Shown here: positions 1 through 10,098 of the stretch, in pieces
How positions within the stretch are numbered: the stretch's first letter is position 1
How the letters are laid out: every line of letters begins with the position of its first letter
Sequence record: MT350293.1
Reading direction: 5' to 3' (one strand)
DNA: 39,964 bases
Source of the DNA: Enterococcus phage EFA-2
Position numbers and translations under genes: made by a program
Notes under the pieces: generated by a model
The model's database searches: none
The model's input: only the letters and a program-made list of their open reading frames with translations
What the model was told of the DNA's origin: nothing

Positions 1-401
1 AAGATAGGGATTGACTGAATGGGCCTTTAAGGGTAGTCTTTAGGTTGTAGACGGTAGGAATTACTTTAGGAGGTGACTTTAGGAGGATACTTTAGGAGGC
101 TGAACAGATAGGGACACAGAGAGACACTCAAGGTAAACCCAAAGGGTCAACCACCAACCCTTAGGGAACCCTCAAGGTCAACCTTCGGTTGGCTTTAGGT
201 GATTGGCTGGGCTTTAGGGACCCCTATGGGGGGGAACTTTGGGTTCTTAAACTGTGAGATAGTCACTCAGATTTTTATGGTATATTTTAAAGGACCCTCT
301 AGGGACTCCTCAGGCCCTCTCTAGGACCCTCTTTAGGTAACACCAATAGGATGGCCTATCTTTAGGTATAGACCTTACGGATAGACCATTAGAGGCTCTT
401 T
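1..401. repeat. 401-bp block identical to 39564-39964 (assembly overlap / concatemer junction)
   Basis: Direct reading: window bases 1-401 repeat exactly at the window end. Confidence 0.9.
110..259. repeat. T7-type direct terminal repeat (copy 1), internal to the window
   Basis: agggacacagagagacactcaagg...ctgtgaga is the reverse complement of the T7 terminal repeat TCTCACAG...GTCCCT as recalled; flanked by right-end (tagtcactcagattttta) and left-end unique sequence. Confidence 0.5.
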
Positions 402-470
402 ATGGGTATACCTTAGGACTTGACTCTATAGGGATGAAGTGGTGTGATGCAATCATACCGCTGAATCCCT
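264..470. repeat. Right-end short direct repeats (ctttaggt / cctctagggac motifs), probable packaging/processing region
   Basis: Repeated ctttagg(t) and ctctagg motifs seen directly; T7 has comparable repeats next to the terminal repeat. Confidence 0.4.
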
Positions 471-499
471 CGGTGAGCCATCAGTCGGTCAGTAAGACC

Positions 500-649
500 C
501 TAATCAACACAAGTGAGTAAAGAGCAAACGGTAGACTCCAGCGAACTGAGGTCCCCACTAAAAGCTGCATAACCAAGGGCAGCACAAAGTACCATAAGAA
601 AGCGGTAGGTGACTCTATGCCGCAGTAGGTTCAACAATAAGCGGAACAT
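500..649 (-). CDS. 19.5: gp19.5-like small protein (49 aa, MFRLLLNLLRHRVTYRF...)
   Basis: Manual translation from the ATG at 647-649 (rc) to the TAG at 500-502; matches T7 gp19.5 as recalled. Below the ORF-track length cutoff. Confidence 0.7.
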   Translation of the reverse strand: MFRLLLNLLRHRVTYRFLMVLCAALGYAAFSGDLSSLESTVCSLLTCVD

Positions 650-803
650 GAGTCTCCTCCCTTTATGTTGGACTTTAAGTTAAGGTGATATTAATACAAT
701 ATAATCACCATTCTTAGAGGACACTCTAGGTACACCATTATGCATACTTTATGCACTCTATAAGTATTCATTCAGTATCTATATAGTAACCTTTCGTCCC
801 TCC

Positions 804-826
804 TCTCCCTATAGTGAGTCGTATTA
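804..826 (-). promoter_or_regulatory. T7 RNAP promoter phiOR
   Basis: rc = TAATACGACTCACTATAGGGAGA, exact 23-nt consensus, between genes 19 and 19.5. Confidence 0.85.
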
Positions 827-907
827 ATTTATCGTGTCTTTTCAGTAACTTAAAGAACTGACCATCCGTGGTCTATAGTGCATCCTTATGCAGTCTCAGT
901 GAATAAA

Positions 908-2668
908 TCACCACTCAATGAAAGACGTACCGTATCCCTCATCGTCCTCAGAGTACACATCAACTCCTCCTACAGACATCTCAATGATATGCGTAGCGGC
1001 AACCGTAGGACGCATCATGTGTTCCTCAAGGAAGTCAGCAAGCACTTCACCCTCGACCTTAACGGAATCCAACTGCATGGACTCACGGAGATACTCAATG
1101 CCTAACGCAAGAGCATCCAATCGGTCATCATGGGCCAGAGCACCTTTCTCACGAGTGATACGGGTCATCTGGTAGAACAGTGAATACTTAACGTCATGCT
1201 TACCGTCTATGTCACGAGCGGACTGATAGTCTGCCCTAATGACCTCATCACGAATGACAAGGCGGTGAGTCTGCATGACTGGCTCAATGGTATCACAAAT
1301 ACGCAGCTCCTTCATACCACGAGCACGAATCTCTTCCATCGCACAGTTGTGGTGTTTAAGAAGGATAGGACTGAGCACCTTACCAAACATACCGTCACCG
1401 AAGTTACTCTCATAGACAACCGTCTGGACTCCCCATTGCTTGGCTTTCTTAGCGAGCAACTCAAGGGTCTTATCAGAGTAACCGTCACGGAAACCTCCAG
1501 CTTCCATAAGGTAGATGTAACCGTTTAGGGTGTACAGCACCGCGTAACCTGTTTCATCCTTACCGCGACCACTAGGGTCAATGACCAGAATCTTCTGTTG
1601 ATACTGACCCGAGTTATTCGAGCACTCATGGTACGTATGAAGGTCATCACCTTTAAGGCCCACGTTAGGAATGTCCTCAATGAGGTTCTGACGGTTCGGA
1701 AGCCACTGGTAATGCATTGGTGCCTTCTCTGAGTCTAAGGCCGCTACGATAGCGTCACGGAGCCTCAGAGGGTACTTCTCGGCATCACTCAGGTTCGGGT
1801 TAAGCATGAACTGTAGCGTAAAGCCAGCCTTACCGTATTCCAACTCACGTTCACGGAGGTCGTCTCTGTCGAATCGCACAGGGTCTGTTGGAGTACCAGC
1901 CATAGCCTCAGGATTCTCCTCGTACTCCGCACGGAGCATTGGTGCCAGACGCTGAGAGTAGTAGAGGTCCTCTTCGCGTGTCCTTGGGTATAGCGCAGGC
2001 CAGATGATAGTGGTGTACCCACGGTTATCTTCAAGTTCCTTATAGAGCGTCATCTCAGTCTGAGGCGTTCCAAGGTAGATAACACGAGAAGTTGGCAATG
2101 GCTTAAGTAACGCAGCGAACTCCTGAACGAGAGTCCATAGCTTCTCACGGGCACCCATAGTTGCGCTGTTAGACGGAATCTCAACGTCATCAGCGATGAT
2201 AATGTCAGCACGGCTACCAGTTAACTGACCAGTGATACCTACTGATTTCACACTAGGAGAGTGGTCGGGCTTAGCTGGGCCTACGTCGAAACTAATCACA
2301 GAATCACGCTGTCCGGGTCTCGGCTTCAACTCACTGAGAAACGGCAGCAGGTCAATGATGTTCTTGATGAATATGGAGTTAGCGTCTGCACGCTCTTTAG
2401 AAGCTGATACAATAAGTATCTTCAACTGAGGGTCCCGCCATAAGGACCACACAACGAACGCACAAGTGATGAACGACTTACCGATACCACGGAAAGCCTG
2501 TAGGATGAACTTCTTGTTGTCTCCATTCGCCAGACATCGGGCCATGTCAATTTGACACTTAGTCGGCTGCGGGAGAGCAAGAGCCTTCCACAATACGAAC
2601 AGGAACGCCACGAAGTCACCCTTTAGTTGCGCCACAACGAGCGCATTACGATTGGCCTGAGTAGACAC
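908..2668 (-). CDS. 19: Large terminase subunit / DNA maturase B (586 aa)
   Basis: 586-aa ORF near-identical to T7 gp19 as recalled; Walker-like GIGKS ATPase motif. Confidence 0.95.
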   Translation of the reverse strand: MSTQANRNALVVAQLKGDFVAFLFVLWKALALPQPTKCQIDMARCLANGDNKKFILQAFRGIGKSFITCAFVVWSLWRDPQLKILIVSASKERADANSIFIKNIIDLLPFLSELKPRPGQRDSVISFDVGPAKPDHSPSVKSVGITGQLTGSRADIIIADDVEIPSNSATMGAREKLWTLVQEFAALLKPLPTSRVIYLGTPQTEMTLYKELEDNRGYTTIIWPALYPRTREEDLYYSQRLAPMLRAEYEENPEAMAGTPTDPVRFDRDDLRERELEYGKAGFTLQFMLNPNLSDAEKYPLRLRDAIVAALDSEKAPMHYQWLPNRQNLIEDIPNVGLKGDDLHTYHECSNNSGQYQQKILVIDPSGRGKDETGYAVLYTLNGYIYLMEAGGFRDGYSDKTLELLAKKAKQWGVQTVVYESNFGDGMFGKVLSPILLKHHNCAMEEIRARGMKELRICDTIEPVMQTHRLVIRDEVIRADYQSARDIDGKHDVKYSLFYQMTRITREKGALAHDDRLDALALGIEYLRESMQLDSVKVEGEVLADFLEEHMMRPTVAATHIIEMSVGGVDVYSEDDEGYGTSFIEW

Positions 2669-2677
2669 ATTACCTCC

Positions 2678-3121
2678 TTACTTGATTTCCTGCTTACGTT
2701 GTAGTTCACGAATAGTATCCTGTAACGCACGAATCCACGCGTCACCTTTCTGGGTCACTGCGATAATACGTTTAGCATCTCGGTCGTCAAGTTCGGCTCG
2801 ACCATCAGGCTCGAATCCACACTGACCATCGGAGGTTCCGGTAGTTTTGATTCTGACGCGCAACCGCTTATTGTCGCTACGCAAATCAGAAATAATCCTA
2901 TCAGTGCTCCATTCCAGCGCGGCAAGGTCTTCTTGATACTTAGCCGATATTTCATTGATTGCTCTTTGAGTGCTCGCTGTAGCCTCAACTCTCTTAACGT
3001 ACTCATTCTGTACCTCCTGTTTCCACTTGGCGTCCATTGAGTCTGCCCCAAGTTGCCATCCCCATCCGAATAGCATCCCAGCGAGAACCCAAGGGACCAG
3101 CTTACGTAACAATTCCAGCAT
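2678..3121 (-). CDS. 18.5: Rz-like i-spanin (147 aa)
   Basis: N-terminal TM segment (LVPWVLAGMLFGWGW); matches T7 gp18.5. Confidence 0.9.
   Translation of the reverse strand: MLELLRKLVPWVLAGMLFGWGWQLGADSMDAKWKQEVQNEYVKRVEATASTQRAINEISAKYQEDLAALEWSTDRIISDLRSDNKRLRVRIKTTGTSDGQCGFEPDGRAELDDRDAKRIIAVTQKGDAWIRALQDTIRELQRKQEIK
2755..2955 (-). CDS. 18.7: Rz1-like o-spanin lipoprotein embedded in 18.5 (66 aa)
   Basis: +1-frame ORF inside 18.5; start taken at the internal Met MKYRLSIKK; lipobox LICVATISGC; matches T7 gp18.7. The ORF track shows a longer upstream extension. Confidence 0.75.
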   Translation of the reverse strand: MKYRLSIKKTLPRWNGALIGLFLICVATISGCASESKLPEPPMVSVDSSLMVEPNLTTEMLNVLSQ

Positions 3122-3167
3122 AATGCCTCCCGTTAACTTTCAGATTTCACGTAGGAGCATCTCGTGT

Positions 3168-3222
3168 AGACAATGACATCCATAAAGACCACTATATGTA
3201 GTGGCCTTGAGTATATCACTGT
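3168..3222 (-). promoter_or_regulatory. RNase III processing hairpin (R18.5-like)
   Basis: gacatccataaagaccactatatgtagtggccttgagtatatcac, an imperfect hairpin with the gtggcctt / aaggccac core typical of T7 RNase III sites. Confidence 0.5.
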
Positions 3223-3485
3223 AAAGTGTAAATATCGTCATCAGTGAGACCATCATCTCCAACTTTAGACTTGTACTCCTCCAGCGCACCAGCGAGGCCA
3301 CCCAAGATGTGTTCATCCGGCTGTAGCTTACCAATCTGGAACTTATGGCGGTCTAATAGTTTGTTGATAGCGTTGTAGAGCTGTGGAGAACGACGCTCAG
3401 GGTCCGAAAGGTCAGCAAGCATACGTTGTGCCATCGCAGTATCCAACATCTCTAAGAACGTGATAAGGCTCTTATCTTTTTCCAT
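3216..3485 (-). CDS. 18: Small terminase subunit / DNA maturase A (89 aa)
   Basis: Start set at MEKDKSL (AAGGAG RBS 8 nt upstream); the ORF-track start is 3 codons further up; matches T7 gp18. Confidence 0.9.
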   Translation of the reverse strand: MEKDKSLITFLEMLDTAMAQRMLADLSDPERRSPQLYNAINKLLDRHKFQIGKLQPDEHILGGLAGALEEYKSKVGDDGLTDDDIYTLQ

Positions 3486-3490
3486 ACACA

Positions 3491-3694
3491 TCACTCCTTA
3501 TTAGCTTTCTTCCAGTCAAGCATCTTATCGACTACCTTGGCACCAATCTGAACCACTGTATAGGCGATAGCTGCAACATAGAACCACTCGTTAAGACTCA
3601 GCCCGAAGAAAAGCCGCGCAGCGCCATCAGCCACACCTGTACCAACAATAGGTGCAGCCTTGACTAACTCATTATTGAAGTCTAACTCAAGCAT
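3491..3694 (-). CDS. 17.5: Holin, class II (67 aa)
   Basis: Two hydrophobic segments and a charged C-terminus KKANKE; matches T7 gp17.5. Confidence 0.9.
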   Translation of the reverse strand: MLELDFNNELVKAAPIVGTGVADGAARLFFGLSLNEWFYVAAIAYTVVQIGAKVVDKMLDWKKANKE

Positions 3695-3736
3695 AAAACC
3701 TCCAGTTTAAAGCGGGTCGTCCGTGACCCAAAGTTG

Positions 3737-6043
3737 TTACCAGTAGTACCAATCACCTTTTTTACTTCTAACTAGAATAGAGCAATTGGCAACGGGTACT
3801 GTAGATACCTCACCAATCCTTATCTCATACAGTTTACTAGGCAATCTTTTCTTAGTCAGAGATGCTTTAAAATCTGTACCAATTACTTGGATATGTTCTA
3901 TTCCATCCTCACTATCTATCTGTAGCACAAGACCGTCGGGACTTGCTGGGAGCTTAATATAAAGCTGTTGCTCATCTGTACTACCAGCAAAATGACCAAT
4001 AACGGTAGAAGTCCACTCACTCAAGGTCAGCCCTGATCGCACAAAGTCAACATTAAGAGGTACTTTTATAAGTGCAGCAGGAGCATTAAAATTGTGACCA
4101 TTAAGTACATAGTAGTTGCTACTACCAACCTCTACTGTGTCTTCTGTGCAGTAAGAGTGGAAGGTTTTTGAATTATCAAAACGATACAGACTTCTGACCA
4201 ACACCCGTTCTTGTTTACTTCTGGTTAAGATTCCACAACCAGCAGATAGGTGAAGTGTAGAGATGGTAAGCGTATGACTCTCGCTGTTAGCCTTAGATGA
4301 CAATAATGATACCTTCGGCTCACCCACCTGAGTGAAGTCTTTACTGTTGCCCTCGCAGTACATAACCCCAATGTCCCACGCAGCAGGGTCCATTGTTACC
4401 ACACCAGCACCAGATGTATTCTCAGAGCACAACACACCAACACTGGTGGACAAACCACGACCTAGAATAATACCAGCACCTATCGTATATTTACTCGCAT
4501 CATCTGTGATTGGGTCATAACCTAGTCCAGTAGACTTATCTGTACCCCATGCACTAATGTGAGGGAAGTGTGTAGCATTTACATAGGTATCCCCTTGCTC
4601 ACCTTCCGTTGAATAACCTAATGCCATGCCCCTTGCACAGTTGTTTGCATGGAGAGTACCCATTTGAAAATACCAGCAAGCAAACATTACAATGCCATAT
4701 CTATTAGCATTATATGCATAGATGCTGCCCATCTCGGATTCTGCACACATTAGTCGTGCGTAAAAACCATACGATGCAATATCTGCACAGTCTATGTTCA
4801 GACTACCAATCAAACGTAGCCCTCGTACCTGGTTTTCAGTATTAGCTACATCAACGGTTGGGGTTCCAATAGGAAATTTACTAACACGAACAACAGCTTT
4901 TAATGCAGGCCATGTAGGACCAATTGCTTTAATTGTTGCCCCATTTAGATTCCCACGTAGGTAAGAGGGAATAACAACCTCATCTGTTACGTGGTAGGTA
5001 GAATCCCCATTCAGATTTAATGTACCAGTAGCTATAGCTAGGTTTATAGCAGGCAAACAGTCAAAATTAGGGTCATTAGGGATTGCACCAAAGTTCTCAG
5101 GTGAGTGTTCATCAAGCCCATTCAGCTTACCTACGTTAGTCCAATTGGAATCAGGGGTTGAACCTGCAGGCACTGTTTTTGGGAGGGCACCATCCCAGCG
5201 GTAATAATAACCATCCTCTTCCCATAGCAGGACCTCGTTCCATAGTGTAACGTTGAAGCCTTTCTCGAAGGAGCTACGGGTAATATAGCCAATTAGACCA
5301 GCTTCCCTGATACTCGAAACTATTCGTCGTGCTTCGTCCTCGCTATCCTTAGCGTTGCCAGCAGAGATACCAGCAGAATCGGCATATTGACCAGCCGTAT
5401 TCTTTAATTTCTCAGCTTCATCTCGTAACCCTTTAGCATCATCACGCCACTTCTTTGTGTCCGTAGCGTTGGTACTGGACTCATTCTTAAAGCCCTCCGC
5501 TTGGTTGCGGAAAATCTCAGCCTCATTACGGAACCGTAAGGCATCATTACGCGCCTGCCATGAGTTATTGTCCATGGTCTTAAGCTGACCAAGAGGAACA
5601 GCGTCACGGTCATCAATAGCGTTCGCTAGGTTCACAATTCGACGACTACGAGCATCCAAGTGACCGTCATTGTTGACACCGATAGTATCCGCAGTTAGGT
5701 CACGAGCCTCCTCCGCTACGTGCATCGTTTGAATCTGAGCAACGTTAAGGTCATACGCACGGAGGATTGAGCCATCCGTAAAGTCAACCAAGCGGTCTGT
5801 AGTGGAGGTTACTCGACGCAACTCGATGGTCGTGTATCCATCAGATGGACCCCAAGCCTTTGTCAGAGAGATGGTAGTACGTGTAGCAAAGCGATAGTCT
5901 GTATTAATCGTAAGGACCTTACGGTCTACGCCGATAAGAGTTACCACTACGAACTTACGGGCTAGATACTCAAACGGGATATTAAAATCACGATTGGAGC
6001 CATCTAACTGGTAAGTCAAAACGGTTTTAAATACGTTAGCCAT
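3737..6043 (-). CDS. 17: Tail fibre / tailspike: T7 gp17 N-terminal adaptor domain fused to a non-T7 C-terminal domain (768 aa)
   Basis: The first ~210 aa (MANVFKTVLTYQLDGSNRDFNIPFEYLARKF...) match T7 gp17. The remaining ~555 aa (about 3737-5412) are unlike the 553-aa T7 fibre and are G/N/T/S-rich, suggesting a beta-helical tailspike. Confidence 0.9.
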   Translation of the reverse strand: MANVFKTVLTYQLDGSNRDFNIPFEYLARKFVVVTLIGVDRKVLTINTDYRFATRTTISLTKAWGPSDGYTTIELRRVTSTTDRLVDFTDGSILRAYDLNVAQIQTMHVAEEARDLTADTIGVNNDGHLDARSRRIVNLANAIDDRDAVPLGQLKTMDNNSWQARNDALRFRNEAEIFRNQAEGFKNESSTNATDTKKWRDDAKGLRDEAEKLKNTAGQYADSAGISAGNAKDSEDEARRIVSSIREAGLIGYITRSSFEKGFNVTLWNEVLLWEEDGYYYRWDGALPKTVPAGSTPDSNWTNVGKLNGLDEHSPENFGAIPNDPNFDCLPAINLAIATGTLNLNGDSTYHVTDEVVIPSYLRGNLNGATIKAIGPTWPALKAVVRVSKFPIGTPTVDVANTENQVRGLRLIGSLNIDCADIASYGFYARLMCAESEMGSIYAYNANRYGIVMFACWYFQMGTLHANNCARGMALGYSTEGEQGDTYVNATHFPHISAWGTDKSTGLGYDPITDDASKYTIGAGIILGRGLSTSVGVLCSENTSGAGVVTMDPAAWDIGVMYCEGNSKDFTQVGEPKVSLLSSKANSESHTLTISTLHLSAGCGILTRSKQERVLVRSLYRFDNSKTFHSYCTEDTVEVGSSNYYVLNGHNFNAPAALIKVPLNVDFVRSGLTLSEWTSTVIGHFAGSTDEQQLYIKLPASPDGLVLQIDSEDGIEHIQVIGTDFKASLTKKRLPSKLYEIRIGEVSTVPVANCSILVRSKKGDWYYW

Positions 6044-6085
6044 TTGACCTCCTTAAAGTAAATCTAAGAGACTACAGGGAGAAGA

Positions 6086-6108
6086 TTCTTTCACCTCTCC
6101 CTATAGTG
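6086..6108 (-). promoter_or_regulatory. T7 RNAP promoter phi17
   Basis: rc = TAATACGACTCACTATAGGGAGA. Confidence 0.85.
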
Positions 6109-6115
6109 AGTCGTA

Positions 6116-9100
6116 TTATTTCCGACGCTCCTTCAAGTTAACACCATTCGCCTCATAAATCTTCAACACAAGCTGTTGAGTCAGAGGGTCGTTAGGCACT
6201 AACTCTTTGGTCGAGTTCATTAAGCCAGTCATGAAGTCCTGCTCGGTTGCTTTGTTAGGTGAGTTAACCACACCAGCAGCATTCATCAATGTAGCCCCTA
6301 CGTTAGCCACAAATCCAGCAGAAGGCATCTGCTCCAGAAGGTTAGAACCCATAGCTCCCATTACCTCTCTAGAGGTGTACGGTTTGTTTGGGTCACGTTC
6401 CTTCATGGTGTCCTTAGGTAGAATCGTGGAGCGAACCATCTTGGAGGACTCGACCCCTAAGATACCACCAACTAGGTCAGCCATAGCCAATGGAGCGCCT
6501 AATTGAGAACTACGAGACAACGAAGCGTGAGCTATCATGGTTGGGTCCAGTGCTCGCTCCAAGTATTCCTTACGTTGCTCCTTAGGCATCCCATACGCTT
6601 TGACGTGTGCAGCCATAGCGTAGTAACCACCAGCGAGACCCATAGAGATGATACCAGTCAGCGCAGCATCTATCGCTCGGTTGTTCTTGTAGCCATCATA
6701 GAAGGTTCTAACGAACTTAGAGTTAAGGGACTTAATGGTGAAAGACTTAAACTGCATCACCATCTTACCTAGTGCTCCGAACGCATGGGAATCCTGTAAG
6801 GACACCTTGTGCGGACGCAGCATTGTCTCATCAGCTACCTTGTCAGCCAGTCTCCATAAGTCCATAGCACGAGGGTCCATAGAGAACGATTGCTTATCCT
6901 TAACGGTAAACTTCCCGTCCTCACCACGGACCATGTGTTCCTTGATGAGAGACTTGATGCCAGCCATCTGCTCAGGAGTTATGGAGGCACCCCGAAGGAA
7001 TCCCTCTTTCTCCCAGCGGGTAGTCTTACCTGTTAAGGTGGCACTAATAACGTCCCCAAGCATACCTTGACGCGCAGCATCCAGAAGGTAGTTAGTTGTC
7101 CCGTTCAGCATCTTAGTCCATGGAGAGCGAGCAGCCAGTTCCTGTGTGGAATACTTCAAGGTCCCTACGATGTTCGCCACAGCAGGTCCGGTATCAGTTG
7201 CTTCCCTTAGGCGCTGCACAATGTCAGCACGTTTAGGTCGAATCAACTGGTCCACCTCCTTCCCGAACAGAGACGCATGGAGTTCCTTGAGTTCCTTAGC
7301 GGAAACTGGTTTAGACTTGTAGAGTGTATCACGCAAAATTGGGATACCGTGACCGAGAGCACGCACGTTACCTGTGGCAAACATCCCAGCAATCTCAGTA
7401 AGGTTCTGAGCACCCATGTAGGCGTTCTTAGCGAAGAACCCTAGGTCATTGATGGCTCGCATCGATGTTTCCCACACAGTGTCGTTATTACGTCGAGCAC
7501 GACCAGTAAGAATCTTAACGGTATCCATAAGAGCATGAACCTCACCAGTCTTCTTACCGTCGCCCTCAGCTTTAGCTTTGAGAGCCAGAATCTCATCCTT
7601 AAGTTCCTTAGTGGTTTTACCAGTAGACCCCATGATGGCGATGTCACCATTTACACGTCGGTCATACGCTGGCATGATGCGGAACATATCGAAGTCCCTT
7701 AGGTCATTCACTGAGAATTGCTGTCCGTCTGGCATAGTGATGGATAGGTCCGAATCAAACAAGTTACGTGCCTCAAGGAATGAGTTGTTCTCAATGCCTA
7801 CTAAGCCCTCAATATTCTCTTCGATTATGGAACTGTTAGTGAACTGGTCTGAGTGGGAGATACCGTAAGCCTTATCCATAGCGTACTTCTCTACCATCTC
7901 TGGCGTTACTTCCTTCACCCCATGTACTTCCTTAAGCATCTCATCGACTCTCGCCTTGACCTCAGGTCTGGAGACGTAGCTGTTCATCCACGAACGAGCA
8001 ATCCCTTCCTGTAAACCTTCGGCACCATAGCGTTGAATCATCAGCGCCTTAGCGTGTCGGTCATATACGTGAGGAACGTAAGTCCCTTTGTGACGACTCT
8101 CAGGGAAGATACTCACAGCCTTCGTATTACCGAAGATTGCTGGGTTCTCCATAAGTTCACGCTTGGTGTCAAAGTGACGCTTGATGATGTCCATAACGAT
8201 TCTCTCAGACGGAGTGAGTGCCTTCTGTAGTTCTGGACGCTCAATAGCTAGTGCCGCTCTGCGGTAGATAGTGTAACGAGTCTCTTCACGAGACATCTTA
8301 GCTCCACCGGTAGAGAACTCAGGGTCTTTCATAGCGTCAGACATTGCTTTATATAAGTCATTATAAGTACGCTGGTCAGTACCATGAAGTCTCTCATGGA
8401 TGTCAGAAGCTGTTGCACCGAACTTACCGGAGGCACCAGACTGCATACCAGTAGGAGAGCGAACGAGGTCGATAGCCACTCTACGGATGTCAGCATCGTC
8501 AGACCCTAAGGTCTTCAAGCCAATCTCGGTGAACCCAGCCAGTTTGATTCCTCGCGCAGCCTTCTCAGGGTCAACCTCTGAGAACTCTTTGAGAGTCTTA
8601 GGGTTGATTGGGTTACTTGCACTTAGAACGGAACCATCGTGTAACACCACGGCACCTTTCTCGGTCGGTAAGTCCTCATAAGGAACACCATTATGTTCAC
8701 CTGCAAACTTCATGTTCTCAGTGTTCATTCGAGAGAGGTCCGTAGAGTTGGCGTTGCGTGCCGTCTCACGGGCTTCCATTCGCATCATAGGACCAATGAA
8801 CTCATTGTCGAACTCAGCTTCTGGTTTACTGCGTTTCAGTCCAGCAGCAATAGCGTCACTGATTGCTGACATACCAGCACCAAACACAAAGCCACCTAAA
8901 GCCGCACCAGCATAGTCAGAGTCACCACCAGCTACGGAGGTGCGGAGACCTTCGGATGCAACGTTCAGCGCAGCACTTTCGGCACCAACTACAAGGGCCT
9001 TATTGATTAACTTAAAGCCCTTACCAGTAACACCGACCATAGGAACATAGCTGAGTGGGTCCACACCAGCACCGATAATACCAGCACTCAGTTTGGCACC

Positions 9101-10072
9101 AAGTCCAGCTTCGGTAGCAAGTGAGTCATTCTCAAAGTTCTCGTTAGCCAGCTTAATGAGGTCGTCAAGATTCTCAGGGGAACCGCCAGTTACCACGTTG
9201 ATGTACGCAGGGTTCTTAACCTCGGTTCGAATCTTCTCTAACTCTTCTGGAGTCCAGATGTGAGAGTTCCAGCGAGTCGGCGTAATGGTGTCTTTAAACA
9301 CATCAAAACCATTATCGAGACGACCAGCACGGAAGGCCATCCCAGCTACTGAGTTGGAGAGTTCAGCTTCGGCAGCATTTTTGAATCCGAAGAAGGTTGA
9401 ACGACTGTTGTATTCGTCAAGCGTTTCTCCGTGGGTCTCCCAAAAGTCCTTGGCGAATGGTTTCGCCGGAGCCTCCTGTTCGATACCCTTAACGTCAAAA
9501 CTTGTGGACTCAGGAAGTTCCTGTGTTACTTTCTGACTATGACCGATTCCAGCCAATCCTACCTCAGCCGGAATGCCTTTACCCTTTGGGGTGATACCTC
9601 CAAAGGTTTCCAATTGTCCAGCCATCGGTGACTTAGCGACATCCAGAAGGTTACGCAGGTAATTACGTCCTTCCTCAGAGATGGACGCAAAGTCTCCCTT
9701 GGAGTACGCCTCAAGTTGTGGATTACCCAAGCGTCCCTCGCCTTGATTGTACGCAAGGGCAGCTTTGAGTTCGTCACCATCGAATTTACCCACCAGACCT
9801 GCAAGGTGCTTAGCGGCAGCATTGATGGCTAACTCAGGGTTCAGTCGGTCGTCGTCTGGACCATCGGTAACTCGCAGACCTAGGGCCTTAGCTGTTGCCT
9901 TGGTTAATTGCATCATGCCTAATGGTCCAGTCTTAGATTTTGCTGTAGGCACAAATCGTGATTCTGTCCAAGCGACTTTACGTAAAAGGTCGTAAGAGAC
10001 CCCGTTGGCATCAGCCGCCTTTTGGAACAGACCATCATAATCACTTGGTACGTTCTTATCGTACTTATCCAT
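6116..10072 (-). CDS. 16: Internal virion protein D with N-terminal lytic transglycosylase domain (1318 aa)
   Basis: SLT motif VAWTESRF...GPLGMMQ at the N-terminus; matches T7 gp16. Confidence 0.95.
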   Translation of the reverse strand: MDKYDKNVPSDYDGLFQKAADANGVSYDLLRKVAWTESRFVPTAKSKTGPLGMMQLTKATAKALGLRVTDGPDDDRLNPELAINAAAKHLAGLVGKFDGDELKAALAYNQGEGRLGNPQLEAYSKGDFASISEEGRNYLRNLLDVAKSPMAGQLETFGGITPKGKGIPAEVGLAGIGHSQKVTQELPESTSFDVKGIEQEAPAKPFAKDFWETHGETLDEYNSRSTFFGFKNAAEAELSNSVAGMAFRAGRLDNGFDVFKDTITPTRWNSHIWTPEELEKIRTEVKNPAYINVVTGGSPENLDDLIKLANENFENDSLATEAGLGAKLSAGIIGAGVDPLSYVPMVGVTGKGFKLINKALVVGAESAALNVASEGLRTSVAGGDSDYAGAALGGFVFGAGMSAISDAIAAGLKRSKPEAEFDNEFIGPMMRMEARETARNANSTDLSRMNTENMKFAGEHNGVPYEDLPTEKGAVVLHDGSVLSASNPINPKTLKEFSEVDPEKAARGIKLAGFTEIGLKTLGSDDADIRRVAIDLVRSPTGMQSGASGKFGATASDIHERLHGTDQRTYNDLYKAMSDAMKDPEFSTGGAKMSREETRYTIYRRAALAIERPELQKALTPSERIVMDIIKRHFDTKRELMENPAIFGNTKAVSIFPESRHKGTYVPHVYDRHAKALMIQRYGAEGLQEGIARSWMNSYVSRPEVKARVDEMLKEVHGVKEVTPEMVEKYAMDKAYGISHSDQFTNSSIIEENIEGLVGIENNSFLEARNLFDSDLSITMPDGQQFSVNDLRDFDMFRIMPAYDRRVNGDIAIMGSTGKTTKELKDEILALKAKAEGDGKKTGEVHALMDTVKILTGRARRNNDTVWETSMRAINDLGFFAKNAYMGAQNLTEIAGMFATGNVRALGHGIPILRDTLYKSKPVSAKELKELHASLFGKEVDQLIRPKRADIVQRLREATDTGPAVANIVGTLKYSTQELAARSPWTKMLNGTTNYLLDAARQGMLGDVISATLTGKTTRWEKEGFLRGASITPEQMAGIKSLIKEHMVRGEDGKFTVKDKQSFSMDPRAMDLWRLADKVADETMLRPHKVSLQDSHAFGALGKMVMQFKSFTIKSLNSKFVRTFYDGYKNNRAIDAALTGIISMGLAGGYYAMAAHVKAYGMPKEQRKEYLERALDPTMIAHASLSRSSQLGAPLAMADLVGGILGVESSKMVRSTILPKDTMKERDPNKPYTSREVMGAMGSNLLEQMPSAGFVANVGATLMNAAGVVNSPNKATEQDFMTGLMNSTKELVPNDPLTQQLVLKIYEANGVNLKERRK

Positions 10073-10098
10073 TTAGGGCCTCCTTATGTAGCCTTTAG

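Noticed and set aside
1-401. Treating the 401-bp end duplication as the phage's direct terminal repeat
   Set aside because: The block contains left-end unique DNA, a T7-like terminal repeat and right-end unique DNA in concatemer-junction order. It is an assembly overlap, and the true terminal repeat is the internal ~150 bp.
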